A stretch of 64,000 bases of DNA from Pelagomonas calceolata (taxonomy: Eukaryota), in assembly GCA_918797485.1 (NCBI GenBank), contig CAKKNE010000005.1, positions 4,464,001-4,528,000 on the forward strand, read 5' to 3'. A program made the position numbers and the translations under genes. The notes under the pieces were generated by a model, which was not told the origin of the DNA, made no database searches, and saw nothing but the letters and a program-made list of their open reading frames with translations. Each line of letters begins with the position of its first letter. Positions within the stretch are counted from its first letter, which is position 1. Below are positions 1 through 11,800 of the stretch, one piece after another.

Positions 1-987
1 CGCGACGTCCCGCTCGGCCTTGACGTGTTCGAGGTCGCGATCTAACCTTGCGGTAGCTCGCTCGGGCACGGCGTCGTCCTCGCCGCGCGCCGTTAAGGCC
101 TCCGCGACGGCGCCGCGAACGGCCGCCACCACCACATCGTCGTTCTGCGCCGTTCTAGCGGCCTTCTCGGCATCTTCATGCGTCCAGGCATCTCTAAATC
201 TCGCTTCAATCGCGTCGGCGGCGGTGTGCGCTCTAGCTGCGACGCGGCGCCAGGCGTCGACCTCGCGCGACGCGTTGACTTCTGGAGCCGTTCTCGGTCT
301 TATGGGTGACGCGGACCTTCTACGCCTTCCACGCGACGACGACGGCGAGCGCGGAGAACGAGCGCCGCCCGGTCCCAGTCTCGCTCTTCTACGAGCCCTT
401 TTCCTCCCACTGGTATTCCTTCTCGCGTTATACTTCTCGATGACCACCACCACGCCCTCGGCGTGCAGTCTCCTCTCGCGAGCTTCCTCGGAGGCCCCCG
501 GGCCGTGGTGCCTTCTCTGACCCGATCGCGCTGCGGCCTTCCTCGCCAACCCCAGGACTTGCTCGCCACGAGCATTGACCGCCCCGACATCCGCACCACC
601 CCTAAGACAGGCTTCGACCGTGTCCTTGTGGGCATCATTTCTAACCAACAGATGTAACAGTGTATCTCCTTCGACGACCATGCACTGGTCTCCAAAAACG
701 GCCCCGCCGAACCTTCTCACATCCCCACAGAGCCGCGCGATGGTGCCCGCCGTGTCCTCCGGCTTGCCGCCCCGCATCTTCTTGTCGGCCATCTGCTGCG
801 CACACAGGTAGCGGTTGCAGTTGACCATCGACGCGCGCGCGTCCTCGTGGAACGCGTCCGCGGACAATTCTACCGTGCGCACGGCGGCGTCCTCGAAGGG
901 CGTGCCCGTGGACCGCATCTTCCGCTTCGTCGGCGTCGGCGTGAAGGCCGTTTTTTGCTTGCCCGGTTCTACGACTAGGACGGGCAT
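1..987 (-). CDS. Hypothetical protein with an ankyrin-like repeat; runs off the left edge (not in ORF track)
   Basis: ATG at 987 (MPVLVVEPGKQK...); frame read by hand is stop-free to position 1; contains GDTLLHLLVRNDAHKDTVEACLRGGADVGAVNARGE. Confidence 0.75.
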   Translation of the reverse strand, partial: MPVLVVEPGKQKTAFTPTPTKRKMRSTGTPFEDAAVRTVELSADAFHEDARASMVNCNRYLCAQQMADKKMRGGKPEDTAGTIARLCGDVRRFGGAVFGDQCMVVEGDTLLHLLVRNDAHKDTVEACLRGGADVGAVNARGEQVLGLARKAAARSGQRRHHGPGASEEARERRLHAEGVVVVIEKYNARRNTSGRKRARRRARLGPGGARSPRSPSSSRGRRRRSASPIRPRTAPEVNASREVDAWRRVAARAHTAADAIEARFRDAWTHEDAEKAARTAQNDDVVVAAVRGAVAEALTARGEDDAVPERATARLDRDLEHVKAERDVA

Positions 988-1246
988 ACTTGTTGCTGTT
1001 TGTTGCTGCTTCGTTCGCTCTTGTTTGCGGTGGCACCGGCTGCCCCTCGGCGCCGCGCGGGATACGCTGTCGTTTGGTACCTTCCCAGTGCTTCGGCAGT
1101 GGGGACTGCGGCTTTTACGCGCCTTCACGCTCGCTTGGCGTTATGAGAGCACCCCACTAGGCGTGGCCGCCTCTCCGGGCGGCTCGCGAGTCCTGCTACC
1201 CTCTTGAAGCGGTGGCGAGGGGTGCGGCGAGAGATGCGTCGTGCTT

Positions 1247-1270
1247 GCTAGTGTCTTACAGGCCGCTAGC
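1247..1270 (+). promoter_or_regulatory. Bipartite intergenic motif copy
   Basis: GCTAGTGTCTTACAGGCCGCTAGC between divergent genes; the function is inferred. Confidence 0.6.
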
Positions 1271-1737
1271 CGGGCTCTCGATTCCACAGTTAAAATTAGC
1301 CACGTGGTGCGCGGCGCAGTGATATTTATGTTCAAATCCGGGCGTGGTCGGTGGTTCCTGACTTCACTCGCAAGCGCTCGTATCGAAGACGCAGCGAAAT
1401 CTGAGCCAGCGGCCGCGCATGAGGCATTTCCGAGGCTACTGACCTGGAATATGGCTCTCCAAGCACGCCCCGCGAAGCTCCGCCTATCGGCGCGCGCTCA
1501 TTTCGCTGCGCACAGCCCTCCTGTCGCGTTTGCGCTCTTCCTTGCTGGTTATGCTTCGTTTTCTCGCCTGGCCGCCCGCGGCCGACCCACACTTGGAGGG
1601 GACCCACACTTGGAGGGTGACGCCGTCGAGGCGCGACGATGGTCTGGCGAGGGTCAGCTTCGAGAGTTCCAGCACGCCATCGACGCGACGTCTCGGTACC
1701 CGCGCAGACTCACATCACCTCGCTCCTCTCCATCACC

Positions 1738-2115
1738 ATGGCCCTCGTCGAACCCGAGCTCTTCATCAAGATATTCTGCGTCGTTATGGGTATGTACGGC
1801 CTCCAGATGCTCGCCGTGCCGGCGAAGATGGTCACGGACCACTTCGACGCGCCGGCGACGCCGCTCCTCCAGTTCTGGATCCGGGGCTCATCGTGCGCCT
1901 TCCTCACGATCGTCTACCTCGTCAAGTTCAAGCTCGCCACGGAGGACGCCGTCCCCGTCGCCCTGGCCATGAGCGTCGCGTGCGGCGCGCTCTACCCGTG
2001 GAACGCCAAGTTCGGCTACCTCTCGCCCGGCCTGCCGACGAAGTACCCGATGCACTACGTGCCCGAGGTCCTCATGTTGGCCTTATCGTGCCTCGGCATC
2101 GCGGCCATGATGTGA
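1738..2115 (+). CDS. Small multi-pass membrane protein (125 aa)
   Basis: ACCATGG start; strong GC3 bias; about 4 hydrophobic segments; possible upstream intron ending ...cgcgcAG at 1707. Confidence 0.75.
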   Translation: MALVEPELFIKIFCVVMGMYGLQMLAVPAKMVTDHFDAPATPLLQFWIRGSSCAFLTIVYLVKFKLATEDAVPVALAMSVACGALYPWNAKFGYLSPGLPTKYPMHYVPEVLMLALSCLGIAAMM

Positions 2116-2145
2116 GTGATCATCCCCTTCCCCACCACCTGTAAT

Positions 2146-2628
2146 TTACTTACTCATCGACGCGAGGACGGCTCTTTGCTCGGACGTGATCACGGCCTGG
2201 TCGATGACCGTCATGCCCGAGATCGGGTTGCCCCACTGGTCCTTTTCCCGCGTGTCCTTGACGCCTCCCGCGTTTTCCGCGATCTGCGCGACGAAGTTGC
2301 CGAAGAAGCCCTTGTCTTCCTTTTTCTTGGTCGCGGGCCGCGGCGACCCGCCAAATGCCAACCAGCACTCGTACGCCGCGTCCGCGCTCAGCGCCGGGCC
2401 CGCCGCATCGACGAGACCCGAGACGAACTGCTCCCGTCGCAAAAACTGCCTCGGCGCGCCGTCGACTAAAAACATCGATTCGAGGACCGCTGCGTCGCCG
2501 AGGCGCGCCGACAGGGCCTCGATGTCGGCTGCGCTCGCATGCAGCGTGACGCATCGGGATGGGAGGGCAGCTTGCGGTGCAAACGACAGCGCGCCGACGA
2601 CGCATAAGGCAGAGAGGAGTCGATTCAT
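2146..2628 (-). CDS. Hypothetical protein, probably plastid-targeted
   Basis: MNRLLSALCVVGALS-FAP is a signal peptide plus an ASAFAP-like heterokont presequence. Confidence 0.7.
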   Translation of the reverse strand: MNRLLSALCVVGALSFAPQAALPSRCVTLHASAADIEALSARLGDAAVLESMFLVDGAPRQFLRREQFVSGLVDAAGPALSADAAYECWLAFGGSPRPATKKKEDKGFFGNFVAQIAENAGGVKDTREKDQWGNPISGMTVIDQAVITSEQRAVLASMSK

Positions 2629-2789
2629 GCTGATGTCCAGCTTGTGCAGTCGTCAGTGAGATGGCAACGAGATGCACAACTGAGCCACAGGCGTAAGGAC
2701 AATATTGTAAAGAGTCTATGCACAGCGTACAGCTGACTACCGGCTGGCGGGGGCCGAGATACAGGCCGCTTTGTCCACGTGAGCTACGA

Positions 2790-2812
2790 GCTAGCGGCAG
2801 TAAGACACTAGC
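2790..2812 (-). promoter_or_regulatory. Bipartite intergenic motif copy
   Basis: GCTAGCGGCAGTAAGACACTAGC on +; divergent spacer. Confidence 0.6.
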
Positions 2813-2932
2813 AAAATCGTAGCAAGCAGCCGCGCGCCGTAGCTGAGCCATCTCGGCCACAAGCGCTTGTGCCAGAGCTTCTCGAAAGACCAGCGAACGC
2901 ACCCTTGCAATATCAAGACGAAACGACGACAA

Positions 2933-4249
2933 ATGGCTGCCCTCTCAATGAAGGACCTCGCAGCCGCAGCCGAAGCGACGATTTTAAGGCCCGAAGGCCT
3001 CACATTACAACAAGGAGAAGAAGGCGGAAAGACGCGCTGGTCGTTTCAGGACGAAAAACCGCCGCAGGAAGAAAAAATAATAAATGACGACGTCACCATG
3101 AAAACGTGCACCGGCAGCATTGGCGTCGGCCTCTTCGCGAGAAGGTTGCTCGAAGGAGGCTCGGTAATCCTGAAGAGTCATCCAATCGCCCACGCGGCGC
3201 GGGGCTTCGACGGCGCGCGATGCGACGTGTGTCTGGCGCCCGTCGCCAAGAGCGTGAAATGTCAAGGCTGCGCGGCCGTGGTCTACTGCGGCAAAGCGTG
3301 TGCGACATCCAACGCTTCAAAAGATCATCTGCAAAATGGCGAGTGCAAGGCCGCAGCAGCATTGCCAAAAATACTGCCGACGTGTCTGCTCGCGGCGCGC
3401 GTCTTACGTAAAATGCGCGCCGACCCCGCCATCAATAAATATGTAAGCGCGTTGAAGCGGAAATCGAATCTTGACGGGGACGACGAGTTACAGGCGGCCG
3501 CGCAAGTCGTCAAACAGTTGTCGGGCGAGACTAATGAAAACGCGTGCGCCTCTGTATTAGCTGTGTTACAACGCAACGCGCACTCGGTCTGCGACGATGA
3601 GCTGAGAGAGGTCGGCGTCGCGCTCTATCCGAGGGCGGTGACCGCGGCGAACCACTCTTGTCGGCCGAACATCTGGCCGCGGTTCCGGTTCACTGTCTCA
3701 AAAGCGCCTGTCTTAGAGTACGCCGTCTTGTCAAGTGTCGAGGCGAACAAGGAGCTGACGCACGAGTACGCCGATTTACTTGATGAGCATCGGAGAGAAT
3801 CGCTGCGAAAGAATTACGGGTTTGTCTGCGCCTGCGACGAGTGCGCCTTCGCTTCTAAAGCTAGGGAGGCGGCTCGTACTCAATTACGAGCGAAGCGCGA
3901 CGCCATGGAGGCGGCCCTTAAAAAGGAGGAATGGGAAAGCGCGGCAACACTCGCCGAAGACGTCGCGCGCCTCGAGGGCTTCTGGGCGCCGGGCCACCCC
4001 TACACGGCGTTGCATCGCCTGCGCTGCGCTAAATTGCAAAACCTCGTGGGGAATGAAACGGCGGCGCAGGTGCACATCATGCTCGCGCTCGTGCGATTGG
4101 TGATTTCGCACGGCAAGGAGTCCTCTCTGGCGAAGGAGGCGGCGGACATGCAGGCTAGAGTGATCCATAAACGGGAGGGGCGGACGCTCGTCGAGGACGC
4201 GTCGAGCGACGACGACTACGACTGGCGAAAGGGCATGCGTCCGTGGTAA
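2933..4249 (+). CDS. SET and MYND domain (SMYD-type) lysine methyltransferase
   Basis: GVGLFA, MYND CxxC...CxxC...YC, NHSCRPN, ELTHEY, post-SET YGFVCACDEC. Confidence 0.9.
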   Translation: MAALSMKDLAAAAEATILRPEGLTLQQGEEGGKTRWSFQDEKPPQEEKIINDDVTMKTCTGSIGVGLFARRLLEGGSVILKSHPIAHAARGFDGARCDVCLAPVAKSVKCQGCAAVVYCGKACATSNASKDHLQNGECKAAAALPKILPTCLLAARVLRKMRADPAINKYVSALKRKSNLDGDDELQAAAQVVKQLSGETNENACASVLAVLQRNAHSVCDDELREVGVALYPRAVTAANHSCRPNIWPRFRFTVSKAPVLEYAVLSSVEANKELTHEYADLLDEHRRESLRKNYGFVCACDECAFASKAREAARTQLRAKRDAMEAALKKEEWESAATLAEDVARLEGFWAPGHPYTALHRLRCAKLQNLVGNETAAQVHIMLALVRLVISHGKESSLAKEAADMQARVIHKREGRTLVEDASSDDDYDWRKGMRPW

Positions 4250-4394
4250 AAATTTTGTTCTATCCAGTCGTCTGACGTGGAGTTATGTTCCATAGACTTA
4301 CGATTACGCGATACGGGTACAGCAGTCGGAGGCGGGAGCGAGTTCATGTACAGAGCAATCGATAGGGCGCCGTCTTGCGGGCGTATGATCAATT

Positions 4395-6284
4395 TCAGGC
4401 CGACCGGGGGCCGGCGGTGACCTTGCCGGTCTTCGTCTTGAGGGCAGTGCCGCGGCACGAGTACGCGAAGAGGACGACGGCCGTCGCCTTCGCTAGCAAG
4501 GCCAGGCCCAAGGGCCAGACCAGATCTAGGAGTAGGGTGTTCTTGTCCGTAGGCAGGTCGTAGAGCATGCCGAGCTTCTTCAGCACTTCCCGACCGCCGC
4601 AGCCCTTCCCATCATCTTCATCTTCATCGCAGAAGCAGAACGTGCCAGAATCATAATTATCGCAGGCGTCGTACTTCGAGTCGATGAATTCGGAATACGT
4701 CATGCCGCGCGCCGCATTTCCGAGAGGAAAGACGTAGTGGAACGCCCGCAGCGGCCAGATGATATCTTTTACCGGTATCAAGAACCCGGCGAACAAGAAA
4801 CCGGAGAACCAGCACCCGATGAACATGGCCGCGCCCACCAACGGGTTCGGGAAGGCCACGGCCAGGCACGACGCGTAGCAGTCCCAGCAGTACTGCTGCG
4901 CGAAGAAGAGGGCGGTCGTCGTGAAGAAGCGGTCCCCGGCCATAAAGTTCATGCAGGCGAAGGCCGGCAATCCGAGAGCTACCAAGGCCAGGAAGATGAC
5001 TAGAGGTATCTCCAAGACCGCCCGCGCCGCTAAGTAAGCGGAAGGCGCCACCATGCCGTTGGCCACCTCCGTTCGCACGATTCTGGCTTCCAGATTCAGC
5101 GCGAACACCAACAATGCAGTGACTTGCGCCGGGACCCCAATGTACCAGATGATGAGCCAAAATCGATTCGCGACCTGGTCCTGGTGGCGCTGCCTGCTCT
5201 CGACATACACGGCCGAGAAGTAGAGGTTGCCCATCAGGAAGCATACCGCTCGTATGCCCAACGTTAACACATCTCTCGATAGTAAGGTAGACTGCCTCCG
5301 GAACACGGGCACGAAGGTATTACATAAAGTAGGCGTCAACCCCCAGTTGTCTTCACCACCTTTTTCGACGACGTCGATGGCACCGTTCGTATGAGCTGAA
5401 GCCCAGGCGTCCAGCAGGCGCGTCACCTCCTTTTTGTCGACGAAGTCACTGTTGACCAAGTCAAGTAAAAAGTCCGCCGGGTTCGTGAGTGGTGGTAGGG
5501 GGTGGTCTAGCTTCGCGAAGTAGTCCGTTGCTGAAGACGCTTCGCCCCGATACGCCGTGCGGCCTTCACTCAAAAGTAGTAACTGGTCGAAGGTTGCAAA
5601 TACACTTGTAGAGGGCTGGTGGATCGTCACAACCACTATGAGATCGTCGCTGTCGGCCACCTCCCTAAAAGCGGTTGCGGTTCTGAGAGCAGCAGCAGCA
5701 TCCAACCCAGACGTAGGTTCGTCGAGGAACATGCACACTGCTCTTTTTATCAACGCGACGGCAACAGCTAATCTTTTTTTCTGGCCGCCACTTAGGCCAC
5801 CCCGCACTAATTCATGTCCTACTACGGTATCGGCACAAGATTCTAAACCAAGTTGTTTTAACACGGCATTGACCCGCCCTTCCTCTTTGTCGGCACCGGC
5901 GGCCTCGAATAATATTTTCGCATAAGTGAGCTGTTCTCGAGGTGTGAGTGTCGGCCAGGCGGCCTCCTCCGCCGACTGGGCGACGTAGAAGCACTGCTTC
6001 CGGAACAATGCGGGCGTCAGCGGTCGTCCGCCGAGCGTCGTCACACCGGTCGCCTCGCCAGAAGGCGCCCGCAACGTCAACAACGACAGCAGCGTCGTCT
6101 TGCCGGCTCCCGACGGCCCCAAGATAGCCAACACGCGCGCCCGCTCGACGCGCCCCGAGACATCCTGTAAAATGCTCTTGAGTTGTTTTGTTTTCTTGTC
6201 ATGCACCGCGAAGCCGAGGTCGGAGTAGGCCAGGACGCGCTTCTCGGTGGACGCGAGCTTCTGGCTGGAGATCTCCTTCTCCAT
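4395..6284 (-). CDS. ABCG (White-like) half transporter
   Basis: Walker A GPSGAGKTT, signature LSGGQKKR, LDEPTSGLD, TIHQP, C-terminal TMD; ATG at 6284 (MEKEISS). Confidence 0.95.
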   Translation of the reverse strand: MEKEISSQKLASTEKRVLAYSDLGFAVHDKKTKQLKSILQDVSGRVERARVLAILGPSGAGKTTLLSLLTLRAPSGEATGVTTLGGRPLTPALFRKQCFYVAQSAEEAAWPTLTPREQLTYAKILFEAAGADKEEGRVNAVLKQLGLESCADTVVGHELVRGGLSGGQKKRLAVAVALIKRAVCMFLDEPTSGLDAAAALRTATAFREVADSDDLIVVVTIHQPSTSVFATFDQLLLLSEGRTAYRGEASSATDYFAKLDHPLPPLTNPADFLLDLVNSDFVDKKEVTRLLDAWASAHTNGAIDVVEKGGEDNWGLTPTLCNTFVPVFRRQSTLLSRDVLTLGIRAVCFLMGNLYFSAVYVESRQRHQDQVANRFWLIIWYIGVPAQVTALLVFALNLEARIVRTEVANGMVAPSAYLAARAVLEIPLVIFLALVALGLPAFACMNFMAGDRFFTTTALFFAQQYCWDCYASCLAVAFPNPLVGAAMFIGCWFSGFLFAGFLIPVKDIIWPLRAFHYVFPLGNAARGMTYSEFIDSKYDACDNYDSGTFCFCDEDEDDGKGCGGREVLKKLGMLYDLPTDKNTLLLDLVWPLGLALLAKATAVVLFAYSCRGTALKTKTGKVTAGPRSA

Positions 6285-6445
6285 GGTGCCGCGGGGCAGC
6301 GGGGCAGCCGAGCAAAAGGCCGGCTGCCAGCTGCCTGCCAAGGAGCTCAATATTGATGCACGTGGCGGAATTAAAACGGTTGCCTGACTCGGAAGAGTGC
6401 GTTTGACGGGCGCGCCGGACCTTTGGTGGTCGACGGGTGTGGAAT

Positions 6446-6467
6446 GCTAGTGTCTTGCACCGCTAGC
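6446..6467 (+). promoter_or_regulatory. Bipartite intergenic motif copy
   Basis: GCTAGTGTCTTGCACCGCTAGC; divergent spacer. Confidence 0.55.
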
Positions 6468-6701
6468 TGTGGCTTAAGTGGTTCAGTTTTTGCCGCTGAA
6501 CGTCGCACCTGGGGTCCTTTACGCCCACTGTTTACTGGCTCGACAGGTTTCTGGCGCTGCCGACACGTGCAGCTCGCCCAGAGCGCTTGGTTGTTGCTGC
6601 ATTTACTCAGCTGGCAGGCTGCACTCGCAAGCGCGCGTGCAGCATAGCTGCCCGGCAGCCTTGCGCTCGCTGGCAGGCTATAAAACAAGCTATCAGACGC
6701 A

Positions 6702-7388
6702 ATGCGACGCGCACTCTGCCTCGCATATGCGGCAACAGTCGCCTCGGCTCTCCCGCGGCCGCGGCGAGCCACGACGCTCCACGCGCTGCGAGTCCGGGGC
6801 GGCGGCCCCGTCGACGGCGCGCTCGAGAAGGTAAGAGACCTCACGACGACGCCGGCCGGGTCCGTCGCCTTCGTATCCATATATATGACGATGGAGCTCT
6901 GCGGCATCCCCTCCGTGCCGCTCGCCGCCGCCGCGGGGGTGGCCTACCCCACGAAGGTCGCGCTCGCCGTCGTGCTCGCGAGTTCTGTCACTGCGGCGTG
7001 CGTGGCGTACTACGTCGGACGGACGCGGCTGCGGCCGCGCCTCGATAAGCGCATCTCAAATGATAGGCGCCTGCGCGCCGTCGCCGCGGCGGTCCGCGAC
7101 GAGGGCTTCGCTATATTATTATTGTTGAGGATGGTGCCCATGCCGCCGGCGATCAACTATTTATATGGAGCGATGGCGCCGAAGTTCCCGGCCTATTTCT
7201 TCAGTACTCTACTGGGCTACCTGCCGGGCACGGTCGGCACGGTCCTCGCGGCGAAGGGCGCGACGGTCGCGCTGCCGCGGTGGTGCTACGTCGCCGGAGG
7301 GCTCGGCGTGCTCGCCTTGGTAGGAACGACGGTCGCGACGGGCCGGCGGGTCTCGCGCCAGCTCGACGCGTACGAGAGGCGCGTTTAG
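6702..7388 (+). CDS. TVP38/TMEM64 (DedA/VTT, SNARE-associated) membrane protein
   Basis: IPSVPLAAAAG, YYVGR, LLLRMVP, INYLYG, LGYLPG motifs; N-terminal signal-like presequence. Confidence 0.8.
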   Translation: MRRALCLAYAATVASALPRPRRATTLHALRVRGGGPVDGALEKVRDLTTTPAGSVAFVSIYMTMELCGIPSVPLAAAAGVAYPTKVALAVVLASSVTAACVAYYVGRTRLRPRLDKRISNDRRLRAVAAAVRDEGFAILLLLRMVPMPPAINYLYGAMAPKFPAYFFSTLLGYLPGTVGTVLAAKGATVALPRWCYVAGGLGVLALVGTTVATGRRVSRQLDAYERRV

Positions 7389-7500
7389 TAACTAGTTTTT
7401 GGTTTACAACACAACAGAATTCATTGCGGCGATGGCTTGCAGCTGCCCTAGACGCCATCGCTGCCGGGGATGGCGCGTCGGTGGCGTGAACACACACCGC

Positions 7501-8559
7501 CTAGTCGTCGTCGAGCCGTACACGGCAGCCGTCGACGCCCTCGGGTACGAGGAGACAGGCCGGCGGCAGCTGCGGGTGCGTGCTCCGCTTCGCGAGGTCC
7601 GCGCGCAGGACCTCGCGCGCGGCGACGTCGAGGGCGCGCCGCGGCGCCTTCGCGACGTGCGCCGCGCGGTCGCGAACGCCGAGCTTTTCTAGAAAAGACG
7701 CCGTCGCGAGGCGCGGCACAGCTTTGGAACTCTTGGTCGCGCCGCGCGGCCGGCCCGTCGCCGCGATGAGAATCTCCGGCGACGGGCCGCAGCCGCGCCA
7801 CCAGGCCACGATCAAGGACGACGGCTTCCCGACGCCCCGTCGCGCCGCGACGTCCGCGCCGACGTCGGTCACGCGCGTCCGGAGCAACGGCGGCCGTTCG
7901 TGACAGGCCGCCGCGAGGTACTCCGCGCGCTGAAACAATGCGCGGTCCAGGGCCTGCTCCAGCGTCGCGGCCCGCGGCTGCGCCGACACGACGACGCCCT
8001 TTAACGGAATGTCGTCGGGGAACCGCGCCCGCAGCAGCGCCCCCGGCAGCCCGCAGACGCTCCACTTCAGGATCTTGTCCGAGCACGAGAGCGACCCGCT
8101 CCGCCGGTCGACGGGCACGTCGGAGCGGCCCGGCTTCAATCGCACTGCACCCGTGACCTGCGTGTCCTCGCGCCGCCAGTCGCCGAGCTTCGCGCCCGAG
8201 AAGGCAATCGTAGAATCGTCCAACTCGTAGATGGCCGCGTCGCCGCAGGGCGGCGCCGTCGCGAAGAGCCAGCATTCGCCGCTTCGAGCAATGTCGTAGG
8301 CGTCGGCGTCGTCGAGCAGCGCCCTCCGGAAGGCGCGCCGCGCGACGACCTCCGCGTGGCCGTCGCGGACGACGTCGTCGCACTTCTCCAGCTTGCCGAC
8401 GCACTTGCACCCGGACGCCGCCGCCAGCACGTGGACGTGGCCGCCCGCGTCGACCGCGGCGATGCCGGCGACCACGGTCCAGCCTTCGTCTTTTACTTGC
8501 AGGGAATTGTACTTTTGCAGGATGGCTTCGGCTACTCGTGTTGGGCGGGTGGGGTCCAT
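7501..8559 (-). CDS. Adenosine deaminase acting on RNA, ADAT1/Tad1-like (no dsRBD)
   Basis: DGHAEVVARR, APPCGDA, RLKPGR, SCSDKI motifs. Confidence 0.85.
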   Translation of the reverse strand: MDPTRPTRVAEAILQKYNSLQVKDEGWTVVAGIAAVDAGGHVHVLAAASGCKCVGKLEKCDDVVRDGHAEVVARRAFRRALLDDADAYDIARSGECWLFATAPPCGDAAIYELDDSTIAFSGAKLGDWRREDTQVTGAVRLKPGRSDVPVDRRSGSLSCSDKILKWSVCGLPGALLRARFPDDIPLKGVVVSAQPRAATLEQALDRALFQRAEYLAAACHERPPLLRTRVTDVGADVAARRGVGKPSSLIVAWWRGCGPSPEILIAATGRPRGATKSSKAVPRLATASFLEKLGVRDRAAHVAKAPRRALDVAAREVLRADLAKRSTHPQLPPACLLVPEGVDGCRVRLDDD

Positions 8560-8689
8560 GCTGCACTGCGCTGCACTGCTCGTTTATCGAGGAAATCGCT
8601 GCGGCGTCGTTACCGCAATCAATGTGCCTGCACTTTGGACCAATGACACCACTGGTGCGCTGCGGCACGCCTTTGGGGGCTCAAGCCGC

Positions 8690-8713
8690 GCTAGCGTCGT
8701 GTGAGACACTAGG
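8690..8713 (-). promoter_or_regulatory. Bipartite intergenic motif copy
   Basis: GCTAGCGTCGTGTGAGACACTAGG on +; divergent spacer. Confidence 0.55.
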
Positions 8714-8873
8714 AAACATCCCCGTGCGTGTTTTGCAGTGGCACACACGGCGTGCGCGGCGTGCTGAGACGCCAGCGCTGCGATTAAGACTCATTGTGTT
8801 CGTGCCTTGTTTTGCGCGTGCAAACTTAAGAGTTCAAACCCACTGAGAGCAAGCTCTCCTGCAGCCATACTCA

Positions 8874-11800
8874 ATGCACATATCACTGTCAAGCATCGGC
8901 GGCACGCGCGAGGAGCAGCTCTGCATCCTCAGCGCGGTGCTGTTGTGGGGAGTCGTGGCATGGCTTTTCACCGTCCGCGCGGCGCGCAAGACGAATAACA
9001 ACATCACGGCCAACGACAACAACCTCGAAGCGCCGTTGCTCGAAGAAGACGAGCCGAAGCACGCGATCCGGTCGCGCGTGCGCCTCGCTAGTCGCCAGGC
9101 CGCCTACTACGTCCTGGCTATTTATTACGCGGTTTGCTTCCTCGTCTATTCGGTGCGATTGCTGCGGTCGCGCGGCGAGCAGCGGGCGCGGCTCTACCGC
9201 GCGGGCGCGGACCTGCTGCGATCCGTGGCTTGGCTCGTCGCCGCCAAGGCCGACGCGCAGGAGTGCCGGTCCTCACCAGCGAAACCGAGCCTGGCCGCGG
9301 CGGCGTTCGTCGCCTGCTCGGCGCTCGCAGCCCTACGCGAGACGCGCGTCTCCGCGGCGAAGTTTCACCTGTCGGCGCCGTCCCTCTGGGCGCTCTGTGC
9401 GCACGCGATATTGCTGGTCGTTGCGTTGACGGGCGATAAGGCAACGCCGCGCGAACGAGCGCCGTCGCCCGAAGAGAATGCCATTGAATTGCATCAGATC
9501 GTGGGCTTCACGTGGCTCCGCGGACTCTTCGACCGCAAGGCGGTGCTGAAGGACGAGAACCGTGGGCGGCTGTGTGGAAATCAACCAGTGCGTTCGGAAT
9601 CAACGGAGACAACATCGCGTCGATGGCGTGGGGCGCCCGAAATTTGATTTCCACACAGTCGCGGTCGAGGACCTGCCACAGCAGGTCGAGGGCGACTTGG
9701 TCGACACTACTTGGCCGCGGCTCCAGGAGTTACTAGAGAAGCACCCCGAGGCGCGCGGCGGCGACCCGGGACGTTCCAGAACATTAGCTCTCTTCGGCGT
9801 GTTGTGCCGGCTCTGCTGGCCGCAGTTCGTCGCGGCCGGGATCTGCCGGTTGTTCTACATCGTGACGGGCTACGCCCAGCCGCTGGGTTTGTATATTATT
9901 TTAAGGCGTTTTGGGAGGGATGATGCCTTCGGCTGGACAGCGGTCGGGTTGCTGTTCGGCGGACCCCTATTAAACGCGACGGCGGACGCGCTGCAGATGT
10001 TCCTCCAAAGAAGAGTCGCGACGCGGTGCCGCGGCGCCATCATGGTTCTCATCTACGATAAAGCGCGACGCGTAGACATGGCCGCGGCGTCGTTACCACC
10101 GGCGGCCGCCGGGCGCGGCCGCCCGCAGAAGAAGGAGTCGGGTGGCGGTGGTAGAGTCGGCGAGGTCGTCGGGTTGATGAGCGCGGACGTTCAGAATGCG
10201 CTCACGGCGATAGCGTATTTTCACTGGGTCTGGGGCCCCGTCATACAATTAGTCATCACGCTTTGCGCTCTTTTCTGGCTCGTTCATGTGGCAGCCGTCG
10301 GCGCGCTCATCGTCATTGCGTTAAATACAGTGCTGAACAAGGGCATCTTTGGGAGATTAGCCGCGGCGTCGAAGGAGTTCCTCTCCGCGAGAAACTTCCG
10401 CCTCGAGCTCGTGACCGAGATGTTGCAAGGCTCGCGCATCATCAAGATGCTCGGCTACGAGTCTGGAATTTTTGACGCCATTAAGGGTAGGAGAGAAAAG
10501 GAGCTCGGCAAGCTCGCCAAGATCCTCCGGTTACAAGTCGCCGTGGCCACCTTGATCAATGCCACGCCGCCGATCATGGGAGTCGCGACGTTCGTCGCCA
10601 TGTCCTGGCTGCTCGGCAAGCCCATCGACGCGGCCACGGGCTTCACTACGTTAACTCTACTCGAGAACCTGCGCTTTGTATTGATGCAGGCGCCCTCCGC
10701 GGCGACCTTCATAATCACGGGCTACGTGAGTTTACAAAGAGTCGAAAGTTTTCTGGACGCCCCGGACGTGGACGACAAGCCCTCGGGCGATGGCGTCAAG
10801 CGCGGCGAGGTGCGCGTCGAGGATGCCGCATTCCGCTGGGGAGGTACGGCCGACGCGGCCGCGGCGACCGAAGAGAACCCTCTGATCACCGAAAGCGACC
10901 CGAACGAGCGCGGCCTCACGCTGCGCGGCGTCGACCTGCGCATGGCGCCGGGCACGCTTACGTTGGTGGTTGGTGTCACGGGCGGCGGCAAGTCGTCACT
11001 GTTAGCGGCTTTACTCGGCGAGATACGACGCGTCAAAGGCCGCGTCCGCGTCGGCGGCTCGACGGCGTATTGCCCACAGCAAGCCTGGTGCCAGAACGCG
11101 TCGCTTAAGGAGAATATCTGTTTTGGCGATGCTGGCAAGGACGACGCGCGCTACGGCGCCTGCATTGAGGCCTGCGCGCTCGGGCCCGACATCTCGTCAT
11201 TCCCTGGTGGTGATGGGACCGAGGTGGGCGAGCGCGGCGTGACGCTGAGCGGCGGCCAGCAGGCGCGCGTCGCGCTCGCGCGGGCCTTGTATGCCGACGC
11301 GGACGTCTACCTCCTCGACGATCCGTTGAGTGCGGTCGACGCGCATGTAGGAGAGCATCTGTTCGAATCGGCGATCTGCGGCCTGGTCGCGCGCGGCAAG
11401 ACCGTGGTCCTGGCGACGCACCAGGTGTCGCTGGCTTTACCACGGGCGGATCAGGTCGTGATCCTGACAACCGACGGCAGCGTCGCCTTCGCCGGCTCTC
11501 CTGATGAGGCCGCCGCCGACGCGGCCGCCGCTACACTACTGGAAGACCTGGCTGACCCCGAGTCAAGTAAGACGGCCGAGGCCCCGAAGGCCGTCGCCAA
11601 ATCTGCGCCGATCGGGCCCCAGGGGAACGCGAACAGTAGACTTGTCGAAGAGGAGAAGCGCCAGAAGGGCGCGCCCTTGCTGAGCAACTTCAAGCTCTAC
11701 TTGAGCGCGGCCGGCGTCGCGTTCCTCATCGGGTCGTCGCTGTTCGCGCTGCAGCAACCGACCAAATACGTGCAAGCGAACAGCCTCACGAACTGGATCT